The notes beneath the pieces were generated by a model that was not told the DNA's origin, made no database searches, and saw only the letters and a list, made by a program, of their open reading frames with translations. A program made the position numbers and the translations under genes. Below are positions 35,412-44,270 of a DNA stretch of 64,000 bases, piece by piece. The stretch comes from a virus, in the IMG/VR virus record IMGVR_UViG_3300028635_000005; one strand, written 5' to 3'. The first letter of the stretch is position 1. The number at the start of each line of letters is the position of its first letter.

Positions 35412-37112
35412 TTAAATTATAATATCTCCGTATACATCAGTTAGTATCGTTGAAAATTTAGCAGTATTTGTCCATGGCTCTATATCATACCCTGATGTGA
35501 TTGGAGGTGTATGTAAAACAGCTGTTGGATTATCATCAAATGAATCAGCTGCAACTGTTGGTGCAATTGGGGGATACATATTTATTGTGTTAAGAGAAGG
35601 ACAATCTGCAAACGCAGCATTTCCGATACTTGTAACAGCGAAAGGAATATCTATCAAGGCTAAAGATTCACAGCCAATGAACGCAACATCCCTAATACTT
35701 AATAATGATGTAAAGCTAGCACTTTCAAGATTTCTACAGAAATTCATTATTGCTTCTGGCATGCTAAAATGAGCAAATGGTGAAATTTCTATACCATTTT
35801 CCATATCATCTAAACATACCATATCAATTACGCATCCAGTATCTTTAAAGTGTATCAAACTCGTTGCACACGTTGAATCAGCAAATAAGCCTCCCCTTAA
35901 TGTTATATCTTTGCCACCTCTTAATGTTACTTCGTTTCCATTGACTAAAACTGATGTAAACGGCGTTCCATAAGTTGGCAAATCAAAGAACGTGTTCCAG
36001 TTACTTATTGAGGTAGCATCGGCAACTGGTGCATTAGAAATATTGTCAAATGTCAATGTTAATTGCATAAGGTCAGGAATTATCTGTACAAACTTAGCAG
36101 CATTTGTCCAAGGTGCAACATCATATCCCGAAGCATCGTAAGAGATATGAAGAGTAGCAGCATAATCGCCAAAAGTATTATCCGCATTAACTGTTGGGGC
36201 AATTGCAGGATACATGTTTACTGTATTAAGGGAAGAACAATTTGCAAACGCATCAGTTCCAATACTTGTAACATTAATAGGTATAGTTATAGAAGTAAGG
36301 GCAGTGCACCCTTCAAACGCATTATTTCCGATACTTATGATATTATTGGGCATAACTATAGAAGTAAGGGCCTGACACCAGGCAAATGTATAGGATCCAA
36401 TCGTTGTAACATCGTCAGGTATAATTATAGAAGTAAGGACTTTACAGGCTGCAAATGCACTATTTCCAATACTTGTAACACTATTTGGCAAAGTTATAGA
36501 AGTAAGGGACTCACAACTAGCAAATGCACTATTTCCAATACTTGTAACATTATTGCCTAATGTTACTGCGGAAAGAGAAAAACAATAATGAAATGCTTCG
36601 TTTTCAATACTTGTAACACTGTTTGACAAAGTTATAGAAGTAAGGATTATACAACTTGTAAATGCACTATTTCCAATACTTAATAATGATGTGAAGCTAG
36701 CACTTTCAAGATTTCTGCAGATCTTTGAATCTTCTGGTGGTATTATATAAACAAATGGCGTAATTGTTAAATAATTTTCTGGCTCATTGATACATATCAT
36801 ATCAACTATACATCCCATGTCTTTAAGATGTATGAGACTTGTTTCACATATCGAATTAGCGAATAAACCTCCCCTTAATGTTATATTTTTACCACCTTTT
36901 AATGTTACTTCATTTCCTTCAACTGAAACTGACGTAAAAGGTGTTCCGTAGGTTGGCAGATCAAAAAATGTGTTCCATTCATTGACACTCATTGCGTTTG
37001 TAACAGGAACATTGGATATATCATCGAAAGTTAATATTAAATTAGAAGCCGGCATCCATCCGTACTTGTTATTTAATTGGGCGTATTTTCCCTGATAAAT
37101 TGCTAGGGGCAT
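35412..37112 (-). CDS. BspA-type leucine-rich-repeat protein, two-module
   Basis: 23-aa repeats (VTSIGNSAFxxCxxLTSITLP); duplicated LTFDxISNxPV..WNTFFDLPTYGTPFTSV domain. Confidence 0.9.
   Translation of the reverse strand: MPLAIYQGKYAQLNNKYGWMPASNLILTFDDISNVPVTNAMSVNEWNTFFDLPTYGTPFTSVSVEGNEVTLKGGKNITLRGGLFANSICETSLIHLKDMGCIVDMICINEPENYLTITPFVYIIPPEDSKICRNLESASFTSLLSIGNSAFTSCIILTSITLSNSVTSIENEAFHYCFSLSAVTLGNNVTSIGNSAFASCESLTSITLPNSVTSIGNSAFAACKVLTSIIIPDDVTTIGSYTFAWCQALTSIVMPNNIISIGNNAFEGCTALTSITIPINVTSIGTDAFANCSSLNTVNMYPAIAPTVNADNTFGDYAATLHISYDASGYDVAPWTNAAKFVQIIPDLMQLTLTFDNISNAPVADATSISNWNTFFDLPTYGTPFTSVLVNGNEVTLRGGKDITLRGGLFADSTCATSLIHFKDTGCVIDMVCLDDMENGIEISPFAHFSMPEAIMNFCRNLESASFTSLLSIRDVAFIGCESLALIDIPFAVTSIGNAAFADCPSLNTINMYPPIAPTVAADSFDDNPTAVLHTPPITSGYDIEPWTNTAKFSTILTDVYGDIII
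36230..36700. repeat. 69-bp tandem LRR repeats
   Basis: AATGCACTATTTCCAATACTT recurs at 36454, 36523 and 36661 (69-bp period). Confidence 0.85.
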
Positions 37113-37121
37113 TTATTTATT

Positions 37122-37136
37122 TTTTATTTTATATAT
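37122..37136 (-). promoter_or_regulatory. Late-type promoter motif
   Basis: ATATATAAAATAAAA. Confidence 0.65.
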
Positions 37137-37138
37137 TT

Positions 37139-37171
37139 AAAAAAGAAGAGGAGCATTATTATTGCTCCTCT
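37139..37171 (-). terminator. Intrinsic terminator
   Basis: AGAGGAGCA/TGCTCCTCT stem. Confidence 0.75.
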
Positions 37172-37802
37172 AAATTGATATTTCTGCACCATCTTTTTCA
37201 AATCCATCTTTTTGTCGTTGGTTCATAATTAAAACGACTTCATACAAATTTATTGGACGACACCAGCCAAAAATTCCTGCATAATTTTCACGATTATCAA
37301 TACCACAGTCCCATGATAACCCAGTATTTTGAAATCTCCCATGTGTATGGCCGTACAGATGCCATGACCCATGAATTTTTCTATTCCAACTTGCAATAGG
37401 ATAATGACACAACACAATATGGATATTCAAATTTTCTCGAGAGAACGTGAAATCTTTAAGCTGTTTCACCTCTAACCAATTCCCAAGATTAACAACACTT
37501 TTATCATGATTGCCAACGATTAAATGCTTATTTCCGTTCAATCTAGCAACCCATTTTTCAGCATCTTTTCTCTTAGCAAATGATACGTCCCCAAGTATGT
37601 AGACCTCATCTTTCTTTTGGACATATTTATTGAACACTTCTTTGAGAAGCCATTCATCATGTTCTTCTTTTGAGACTGGGCGATTACAGATATCGATAAT
37701 TTTCAAGTGAGAATGATGAAGATCTGCAGTAAACCATATTTTTTGCATTTCAGCAATAAGTTGGCTATCAAGCTTATCTACTATGTCTTTCTGAATGTTC
37801 AT
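37170..37802 (-). CDS. Calcineurin-like metallophosphoesterase
   Basis: FTADLHHSH, ILGDVS, VGNHD, LCHYP, LYGHTH. Confidence 0.92.
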   Translation of the reverse strand: MNIQKDIVDKLDSQLIAEMQKIWFTADLHHSHLKIIDICNRPVSKEEHDEWLLKEVFNKYVQKKDEVYILGDVSFAKRKDAEKWVARLNGNKHLIVGNHDKSVVNLGNWLEVKQLKDFTFSRENLNIHIVLCHYPIASWNRKIHGSWHLYGHTHGRFQNTGLSWDCGIDNRENYAGIFGWCRPINLYEVVLIMNQRQKDGFEKDGAEISI

Positions 37803-38100
37803 CTAACATTTCTTTAAAATCTTTTTCTATTAATTCCCAGTTTAAATCGGGATGCCACAAAAACACCGTAAAAAGATCTACCCAATCGTTATTTCTAGGG
37901 TTTTCAAAATTGTCAAATCCCAACCTATAATCTTGATTTAAAACAATTTTACGCATTTCTTCTGGGATATCTTCAAGAAATGTTTCTTTATTGTTTTTCA
38001 CATACATATATAAAAAATGTATCATTTCGGCAGACAAAATGAAACATGACTCATATTCGTTGTGATACTTGTCATTGAAAAATTCTATAAACTTGCTCAT
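37774..38100 (-). CDS. Hypothetical protein
   Basis: 108-aa ORF with early promoter. Confidence 0.6.
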   Translation of the reverse strand: MSKFIEFFNDKYHNEYESCFILSAEMIHFLYMYVKNNKETFLEDIPEEMRKIVLNQDYRLGFDNFENPRNNDWVDLFTVFLWHPDLNWELIEKDFKEMLDEHSERHSR

Positions 38101-38127
38101 ATTTTATAACAGATTATACTTAAATTA

Positions 38128-38142
38128 TAAATATAAACAAAA
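38128..38142 (-). promoter_or_regulatory. Early (host-sigma-type) promoter core
   Basis: TTTTGTTTATATTTA fused to the U-tract of the terminator. Confidence 0.5.
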
Positions 38143-38169
38143 AAACCGAAATAAAAAAATTATTTCGGT
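38139..38169 (-). terminator. Intrinsic terminator
   Basis: ACCGAAATA/TATTTCGGT stem plus U-tract. Confidence 0.7.
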
Positions 38170-38196
38170 CTTTATTTTCTGAGAACAAAAGATATT

Positions 38197-39024
38197 TTAT
38201 CTTCCGTTCCATCCAGCTAACCTTGCCCACATATTCCAAGCCGCATAAGCTTTTAAATTTGCGTTTAATGGTTGGCTATGTGCTGAATTGCAATGATACC
38301 AATGTACATTTTGTTCATGAGAATTTTGCCACTCGATAGCCCAATTTCCGCCATTATAGTCGCAATTATCGTTTGCCCCTCTGTTTAAAAAATAATTGCC
38401 ATCTGGGTCATATGATTCAATTGCTGCAAAATCATAGAGTACTTTCTTATTTAACTTACAATAATCTCTTATTTGTTCATTTCGAATATTCAAGTTACCT
38501 GATTCTCCAGTTCCATCTAAATGCCCGGTCATATATACGAATATTACATTAGGAAATTCTGACTCAAGAGTTGTCATTTTCTGTAAATACGTATTAATGT
38601 ACTCCTGTGATGCATTGCTCACTTGACCGCACCATGACCACATGACAACGTTAATTTCAGGATGTGCACTCAAATAATTTCGAGTATCTGTATCCCATGA
38701 TCCACTTCCTAAATCAGACCATCCAGTTATTGCATGATCATTTAGATTTAGACCCTTATACATATCGCCTTTCCATTTTGACAAACCGTTCATTCCATCC
38801 ACTATCTGACTTCCATGGGATGTATGCTCATACGCTATACGTAACTTTAATTTTGCAGAATCTATCCAAATCACAGGAATCGAATCCAATTTTGTGCACG
38901 TATTGTCTATAATAAGACTTTTAGGTTCCACAGGATCTGGGTCTGGTTCAGGAACATCGATTGGTTCGCAAGAAGTAAATAACATTATCGCAAATGTTAT
39001 CATAATCATAAATAGCTTTCTCAT
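38197..39024 (-). CDS. Lipoprotein with SGNH/esterase-like domain
   Basis: Signal peptide with lipobox MLFTSC; HTSHGSQI, VMWSWCG, FVYMTGHLDG, LYDFAAIES, CNSAHSQ. Confidence 0.65.
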   Translation of the reverse strand: MRKLFMIMITFAIMLFTSCEPIDVPEPDPDPVEPKSLIIDNTCTKLDSIPVIWIDSAKLKLRIAYEHTSHGSQIVDGMNGLSKWKGDMYKGLNLNDHAITGWSDLGSGSWDTDTRNYLSAHPEINVVMWSWCGQVSNASQEYINTYLQKMTTLESEFPNVIFVYMTGHLDGTGESGNLNIRNEQIRDYCKLNKKVLYDFAAIESYDPDGNYFLNRGANDNCDYNGGNWAIEWQNSHEQNVHWYHCNSAHSQPLNANLKAYAAWNMWARLAGWNGR

Positions 39025-39041
39025 AATACTTTAGATTATTT

Positions 39042-39057
39042 TTTTATTTTTATATAT
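39042..39057 (-). promoter_or_regulatory. Late-type promoter motif
   Basis: ATATATAAAAATAAAA. Confidence 0.55.
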
Positions 39058-39094
39058 CTAAAGTATTATGAGAAAAATAGTTACATTATGTATC

Positions 39095-40735
39095 TTAAAA
39101 TAGTGCTTTAGCGTATATTAAATTTCCAGGCACAGGATTAAATCCTATAGTTGTTAGAATTCGATTAAATGGTTCAATGATTGTTTTTTCAAACTGAAGA
39201 TCATAATCTACTTCGGGTGCAAATTCGTAAGGAAAATTACCGGGCAAAAACCCAAAGACTTCATTGCCATCTTTTGAATAATAGAATTTAACCTTATCTC
39301 CAGTTTTAATAATGTTATATTTAGTCTTCCATTTTTTACTGTTAAGAACCTGATGATTATACATTGCTGAGGCTCTTACGTTCTGGGGACATTTTTCTGC
39401 TAACACCACTTCTCTTTTATCCTCTAAGCAATATTTTTCATAATTTCCTAATGCTTGTGTTTTTGCAATGTCTTCAGGATTTTGTAAAACATACTCTTTT
39501 TTATACTCTTTTAGTCGGTTAACAACATCTGCGTATTGTGTCTTTTTTCCTTTAGAACAAGTCATTTTGATTAATTCTTTAAGAACTTGTCTTGCATACT
39601 TTGGCGTTGAACCTTGAACAATTTCAATGCCCACAAACTTGATATTTTCTTGAGGTTCAATATGAACTCCAGGATCTTTCCACGCTAAATCAAGAACATA
39701 TTTCTTTTTTGCGACCATAATTGCTGAATAAGAAATTTTTTCCAATTCCAAATCCTGAATATTTTTAGTGTTATGTCGTTTTGCGTATTCTTCGTATTTC
39801 TTTTTAATAAATGATGTTAGACGAAGCTCTTTAACTTTAAGAATAAAATCAACAGGATTACCTTGATAATCACAAGACTTAAGCATTGGATCAAAAGTGA
39901 CATAACAGCTATTATGAACTAAAATATCATTTGCTATAAATGTATGCGTATCATCATCTACTTCAACATCATAAACGTATTCATTATCAAATGTTCCCAT
40001 TTCTTCGCAAGATTCTATTTCATCAAAATAAAATTTTGTTCCTAAACATAACACTTTATCTTGATAAATTACACCTTGCGGTTTTATTTCAAGTTTTTCA
40101 TTATTACGAAAAACAATTAATGAATGATCATTTGTTATAATTATTTCCTTTCCAGATTTAGTTTTAATTTTCCATTTTGGTTTTGTAACTTTATGACGTA
40201 TAATACGTTTAACTGGCGCAAAATATAACTCGTTATCCCAGTTCAATATTTTATCATTAGTTAATACTGATTCATGTCCTTCAAGAGTTGTTCCGCCGTT
40301 TGTTTTGTTTTTATTGTACCAATCTTCAATTTTAATCGAACCTTTATCCGTATGAACAATAGAGTCAGAATGAACAGAATCAGTATCCATATAGACAGTT
40401 ACCGTTTGTTCATTAATCTTGTTTGCATACGTTAACCCTAAAGCCTTATGAAGTTCAGCATCATTATGCCAGTAATCCATGAAATAGTCATCAATACATC
40501 TACTTGCAAATTTTGCGATATCTTGGCCTTGAAGTGTAACTGCTTCTGCAACATTAACGTTATATCCAACAAAAAAGACAGAAGCCGTGGCTCCATAAAC
40601 AGAGTTTATAAAAATTTTAATTGATTGCTCAAGATTATAATATTCTTCTTTAATAGACTTAAGTCGATCAATCTCGGCCTTAAGTTCTTCTATAGAGCAA
40701 TTATATGGATCAATGTTAGTTAGTTTAAATTCCAT
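39095..40735 (-). CDS. gp43: Family B DNA polymerase, C-terminal subunit (split gp43B-like) with intein
   Basis: KIFINSVYG (motif B), YMDTD|SCY (motif C), KKKYVL, FVGIEIVQGSTP; lacks the exonuclease domain and motif A. Confidence 0.92.
   Translation of the reverse strand: MEFKLTNIDPYNCSIEELKAEIDRLKSIKEEYYNLEQSIKIFINSVYGATASVFFVGYNVNVAEAVTLQGQDIAKFASRCIDDYFMDYWHNDAELHKALGLTYANKINEQTVTVYMDTDSVHSDSIVHTDKGSIKIEDWYNKNKTNGGTTLEGHESVLTNDKILNWDNELYFAPVKRIIRHKVTKPKWKIKTKSGKEIIITNDHSLIVFRNNEKLEIKPQGVIYQDKVLCLGTKFYFDEIESCEEMGTFDNEYVYDVEVDDDTHTFIANDILVHNSCYVTFDPMLKSCDYQGNPVDFILKVKELRLTSFIKKKYEEYAKRHNTKNIQDLELEKISYSAIMVAKKKYVLDLAWKDPGVHIEPQENIKFVGIEIVQGSTPKYARQVLKELIKMTCSKGKKTQYADVVNRLKEYKKEYVLQNPEDIAKTQALGNYEKYCLEDKREVVLAEKCPQNVRASAMYNHQVLNSKKWKTKYNIIKTGDKVKFYYSKDGNEVFGFLPGNFPYEFAPEVDYDLQFEKTIIEPFNRILTTIGFNPVPGNLIYAKALF
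39911..40378 (-). mobile_element. Mini-intein (156 aa) in polymerase motif C
   Basis: Starts SVHSDS, block B ITNDHSL, ends YVYDVEV..ANDILVHN, followed by Ser. Confidence 0.93.
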
Positions 40736-40747
40736 ATAGTTTTTGTT

Positions 40748-40776
40748 TTTATATGTTTATAACTATATAGAGTTTT
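40748..40776 (-). promoter_or_regulatory. Middle-type promoter AAAACTC-N16-TATAAA
   Basis: Upstream of the polymerase subunit. Confidence 0.55.
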
Positions 40777-40800
40777 CTGTTTAACAGTTATTTAATTGTC

Positions 40801-43800
40801 TTATCGTTTCACCATTTTAATCCCAATATTTGCAATAAATGGCACATTTATAGAACCTTTTTGTTCAAACATAAAATTTGAGTTTTGAAAGGAATGTGTT
40901 TCAAAGGCAAATTGTCCACGTTTAACATATACCTTTAAGTACACTTGTTTTATGTTGATTACTTTTTGAGTATACGTAGTTAATATATCAGCGTATTTAC
41001 CATTAAGAGTTTTTACAATTTCAACCATAATAGGATAAAAGATTAATCCAAAACGACTGTCATTTCCAATTTCTAGTTTTTTGATATATTGCTGTCTATA
41101 TTTCTCAGGATTAAACTGTGTTCTTGACATTTGTGATCTTCTAATGTATTCATTAATAAATAACTCATATTTTTCTTTATTATGTATTAATGCATCAAGA
41201 AATTTTAGCATTGATTCTTTTTTAAGATATTCATCTGAAGAAATTTGCAAATTTCTTAGTAAATATGAATAAGCAGAATCAGGATTATTTGATAAATGTA
41301 TCTTTGCTAATGTCATAACAGTATTATAAATAACACTTCTGGGATCTATTTGTTCAGGATTTACCCAGGGCTTAACAACGTTTTCAATAAAATCGATTTC
41401 ATTTTCATCTGTTGCTGTAATCTCGCCATTCTTGTAATTGTTATAAATTGCACGAATAATAACATCTCCACTAGGAGTTGCTCCTGTTCCAGCTTTTGAT
41501 GAAATTTTATAATCATCAAAATAAAAATCAATTAACCTTTGATTAGATGCAGTAGGATATCTTAGCCCTTTTCCAGTTTTCTTAAGTATATTAAAGAACA
41601 TTAAAGCACCCATTACTTCCCCATAATCATTTGCGATATTATTTATTGATTTTGGATCTATCCCGTTAAACCATTCAATCGGCACATTATAGACAATAGG
41701 CGTTGTTACTTTAGCATATGCTGAAAAGTCTTCAAATTTATTTTTATTATTTGGGTCATTAATTATAATCTTTGAAGATTCTATGATAAATTTTTTATAA
41801 TGTTCAGGGTATTTAGTTTCATTAATAACTTTTATAATTTTATCTAAAATTTGTTTTGAATTTAAATATGATTCAGTTGTTAACCCTAATTTATCAGGAG
41901 TTAACTCTTTACCCTTTATAACACTTTCTTCTCCTGTTTTTTTATCAAACTCAAATCTATTAGTTATTATAATAAAATCGTCCTTTTTGTATTGTTGACC
42001 AAAGACGTCGGTCGTAGGTTCAGAGAATACAATTTTATATGCATCAAATTTCCCAGATATTTCTTTTCCTGCATGTTTATCATTTTTGCCTTTAGGGACA
42101 ATTTCCATTTGATATGTACGTGGTTCTATTTTAATAGAATTTTTTAAAAAATTTATTATGTTTTTTTCTGCAGTGCCATCATTTTCTCCAAAGTTTGCAC
42201 GAATAGTTTCTCGTCCAGAAGGAGCAACAATGTCATCTGAATTCATGTCTTTAACATACAAATTTTTCCATAATTCTTGTCTTTTGTTGAATCCTTCAAA
42301 TAATCTTGGATAATGAGGTTCTTGAACACTTTCATCACCTACAATTGCCATTTGCCATTGTCTTTTTCTTCTATAGCGCTCACTGTTTGAGCCCCAGCCT
42401 GGTTCTACTTTTTTCTTAGGCTTAAGAAGAGGAGATAAAACATGTTGCCTTGCAAGATCATCCTCAGAGGTTATATATTCACCTGCATAATCTTTAATAG
42501 GAATTTGTAAATAATGAGAACCATATCCACCCATGCCTCCTTGTTTATCATCTTTCATGTCTGCAGGAATATCAATTTTCCATTGAGGGTCATTTAATAT
42601 TGAAATCTTGAGTTTATCTTCGAGATCTTTAATAATTTGAATTAACTTTTCTTTTGGGGGATAATACCAGAACGAAATATATTTTTCTTTTAGCCATATT
42701 CTTCCTGCATATTCTAAGTCTCTTCCGGGATGAATACGATTATAACCTCGTCCTATTCCAATGTCTCCGTGTGTTTTACTAGGTTTACTTATATAAAGTT
42801 TTCCTTTATGGTATCCGAACGCTCGGGTCCCTCTTCTCATCCAAAGAATTTCTTCGTCTGTTCCTTGAGGATTAACCCAATCAGGGTGTTCAAATAATCT
42901 TGGATATGGCATTTCTTGTTTGCTTTCATCGCCTACTGTGGCCATTTGCCATTGTCTTTTTCTTTTATATCTTTCACTGTTTGAGCCCCAGCCTGGTTCT
43001 ACTTTCTTTTTTGGCTTTAACAAAGGCGATAAAACATGTTGTCGTGCCAAATCTTCTTCAGATGTTATATATTTGCCAGCATAATCTTTAATAGGGATTT
43101 GTGTATAATTACGTTCATCGGCATATCCACCTTCTGTACTATTTTTCATATCGACTGGAACGTCAATTTTCCATTCTGGATCATTTATTATAGTAATCTT
43201 AAGTTTATTTTCAAGATCTTTAAGAACTTTTACAAGTTCTTTCTTCGGCGGATAATACCAAAATGAAATATATTTATTTTTGGGCCATATTCTTCCTGCG
43301 TATTTTAACTCTCTACCAGGTCTGTCACGATACTGCCCTCTACCTACTATCATGTCTCCGTGGGTTTGACGTGTTTTGCCAACATATAATTTGTCTCTAT
43401 AATAACCAAATGCCCGCGCACCTTTACGCATCCAAGGTATTTCTTCGTCCGTTCCTTCAACTTCTATCCAATCAGGACTTTCAAATAGTCGAGGATAAAT
43501 TTCTTCTTTTTTACTTTCATCGGTCATGGAAGCCATTTGCCACGCTCTTTTTCTTTTATATCTTTCACTGTTTGAGCCCCAACCCGGTAATACTTTTCTC
43601 TTAGGTTTTAATAAAGGTGATACAACGTGTTGTTGTGCCAATTCTTCTGCTGATCTTTCAGTACCCTTTTCATAATCTTTAACTTTAACATATTCTTGGT
43701 TTTCTTCTTCAGGACGCCATGTGCCCCAGTTAGGCATAGGATACGTAAAAAAATCATATTCTTTAGTTGTAGGATATTTTTTATACTCTTCAACTTCTGA

Positions 43801-44181
43801 TGGCACTTCTATCATCCATTCGCCATCATAAAAATCATATTTATAATGATCTTTTTCATAGGAATCATTTTCATCCGCATAAATTTTTTTACGTAAATCA
43901 TCTAAAACTTTTTTAAGAGTTTTTTGATCTTCGGGAAAATGCCAAAATGCAATTATTTTATAATCAGCAAATATTCTTCCGCTATATTGCCCTCGTGTAT
44001 CTCCTTTATAATCCTGAGGAGTTTTTATATTAAGGTGTGTATCACCCCATTTACCTAAATATAACTCGCCATTATAATAAGAAAAAGGAAATGTTTTTGA
44101 TTCACTCCACTCGACGATTTTTTCAATATCTGGCATATATAAAGCATTGGGATTTTCAAAAAGACGTGGATAAAATTTCAT
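40801..44181 (-). CDS. Putative virion-internal polyprotein: three repeated domains plus PD-(D/E)xK-like nuclease domain
   Basis: YPRLFE occurs 4 times, at the start of each module; C-terminal DYGEV..NQRLIDF..YKISSKAG; late promoter upstream. Confidence 0.8.
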   Translation of the reverse strand: MKFYPRLFENPNALYMPDIEKIVEWSESKTFPFSYYNGELYLGKWGDTHLNIKTPQDYKGDTRGQYSGRIFADYKIIAFWHFPEDQKTLKKVLDDLRKKIYADENDSYEKDHYKYDFYDGEWMIEVPSEVEEYKKYPTTKEYDFFTYPMPNWGTWRPEEENQEYVKVKDYEKGTERSAEELAQQHVVSPLLKPKRKVLPGWGSNSERYKRKRAWQMASMTDESKKEEIYPRLFESPDWIEVEGTDEEIPWMRKGARAFGYYRDKLYVGKTRQTHGDMIVGRGQYRDRPGRELKYAGRIWPKNKYISFWYYPPKKELVKVLKDLENKLKITIINDPEWKIDVPVDMKNSTEGGYADERNYTQIPIKDYAGKYITSEEDLARQHVLSPLLKPKKKVEPGWGSNSERYKRKRQWQMATVGDESKQEMPYPRLFEHPDWVNPQGTDEEILWMRRGTRAFGYHKGKLYISKPSKTHGDIGIGRGYNRIHPGRDLEYAGRIWLKEKYISFWYYPPKEKLIQIIKDLEDKLKISILNDPQWKIDIPADMKDDKQGGMGGYGSHYLQIPIKDYAGEYITSEDDLARQHVLSPLLKPKKKVEPGWGSNSERYRRKRQWQMAIVGDESVQEPHYPRLFEGFNKRQELWKNLYVKDMNSDDIVAPSGRETIRANFGENDGTAEKNIINFLKNSIKIEPRTYQMEIVPKGKNDKHAGKEISGKFDAYKIVFSEPTTDVFGQQYKKDDFIIITNRFEFDKKTGEESVIKGKELTPDKLGLTTESYLNSKQILDKIIKVINETKYPEHYKKFIIESSKIIINDPNNKNKFEDFSAYAKVTTPIVYNVPIEWFNGIDPKSINNIANDYGEVMGALMFFNILKKTGKGLRYPTASNQRLIDFYFDDYKISSKAGTGATPSGDVIIRAIYNNYKNGEITATDENEIDFIENVVKPWVNPEQIDPRSVIYNTVMTLAKIHLSNNPDSAYSYLLRNLQISSDEYLKKESMLKFLDALIHNKEKYELFINEYIRRSQMSRTQFNPEKYRQQYIKKLEIGNDSRFGLIFYPIMVEIVKTLNGKYADILTTYTQKVINIKQVYLKVYVKRGQFAFETHSFQNSNFMFEQKGSINVPFIANIGIKMVKR
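42313..44181 (-). repeat. Three ~197-225-codon intragenic repeats
   Basis: Modules 43498-44181, 42907-43497 and 42313-42906; shared 16-mer CACTGTTTGAGCCCCA in all three. Confidence 0.92.
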
Positions 44182-44188
44182 AGCTATA

Positions 44189-44203
44189 TTTTATTTTATA
44201 TAT
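44189..44203 (-). promoter_or_regulatory. Late-type promoter motif
   Basis: ATATATAAAATAAAA 8 nt before the ATG. Confidence 0.65.
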
Positions 44204-44270
44204 TTATGATTTAAAAATAAAAAAACCCAAATATTAAAATCTGGGCTTTCTCAAAAAACACAAGAAATTT

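Noticed and set aside
35412-37112. Diversity-generating retroelement target (TR/VR pair)
   Set aside because: Both duplicated modules are in-frame coding; differences are not restricted to adenines; no reverse transcriptase in the window.
40600-40735. Trans-splicing split intein joining the two polymerase halves
   Set aside because: The N-terminus of the gp43B-like ORF has no intein C-fragment (no HN followed by C/S/T before the fingers helix).
42295-44181. CRISPR array
   Set aside because: The repeats are ~600-bp coding domains; no short repeat-spacer structure was seen anywhere in the window.
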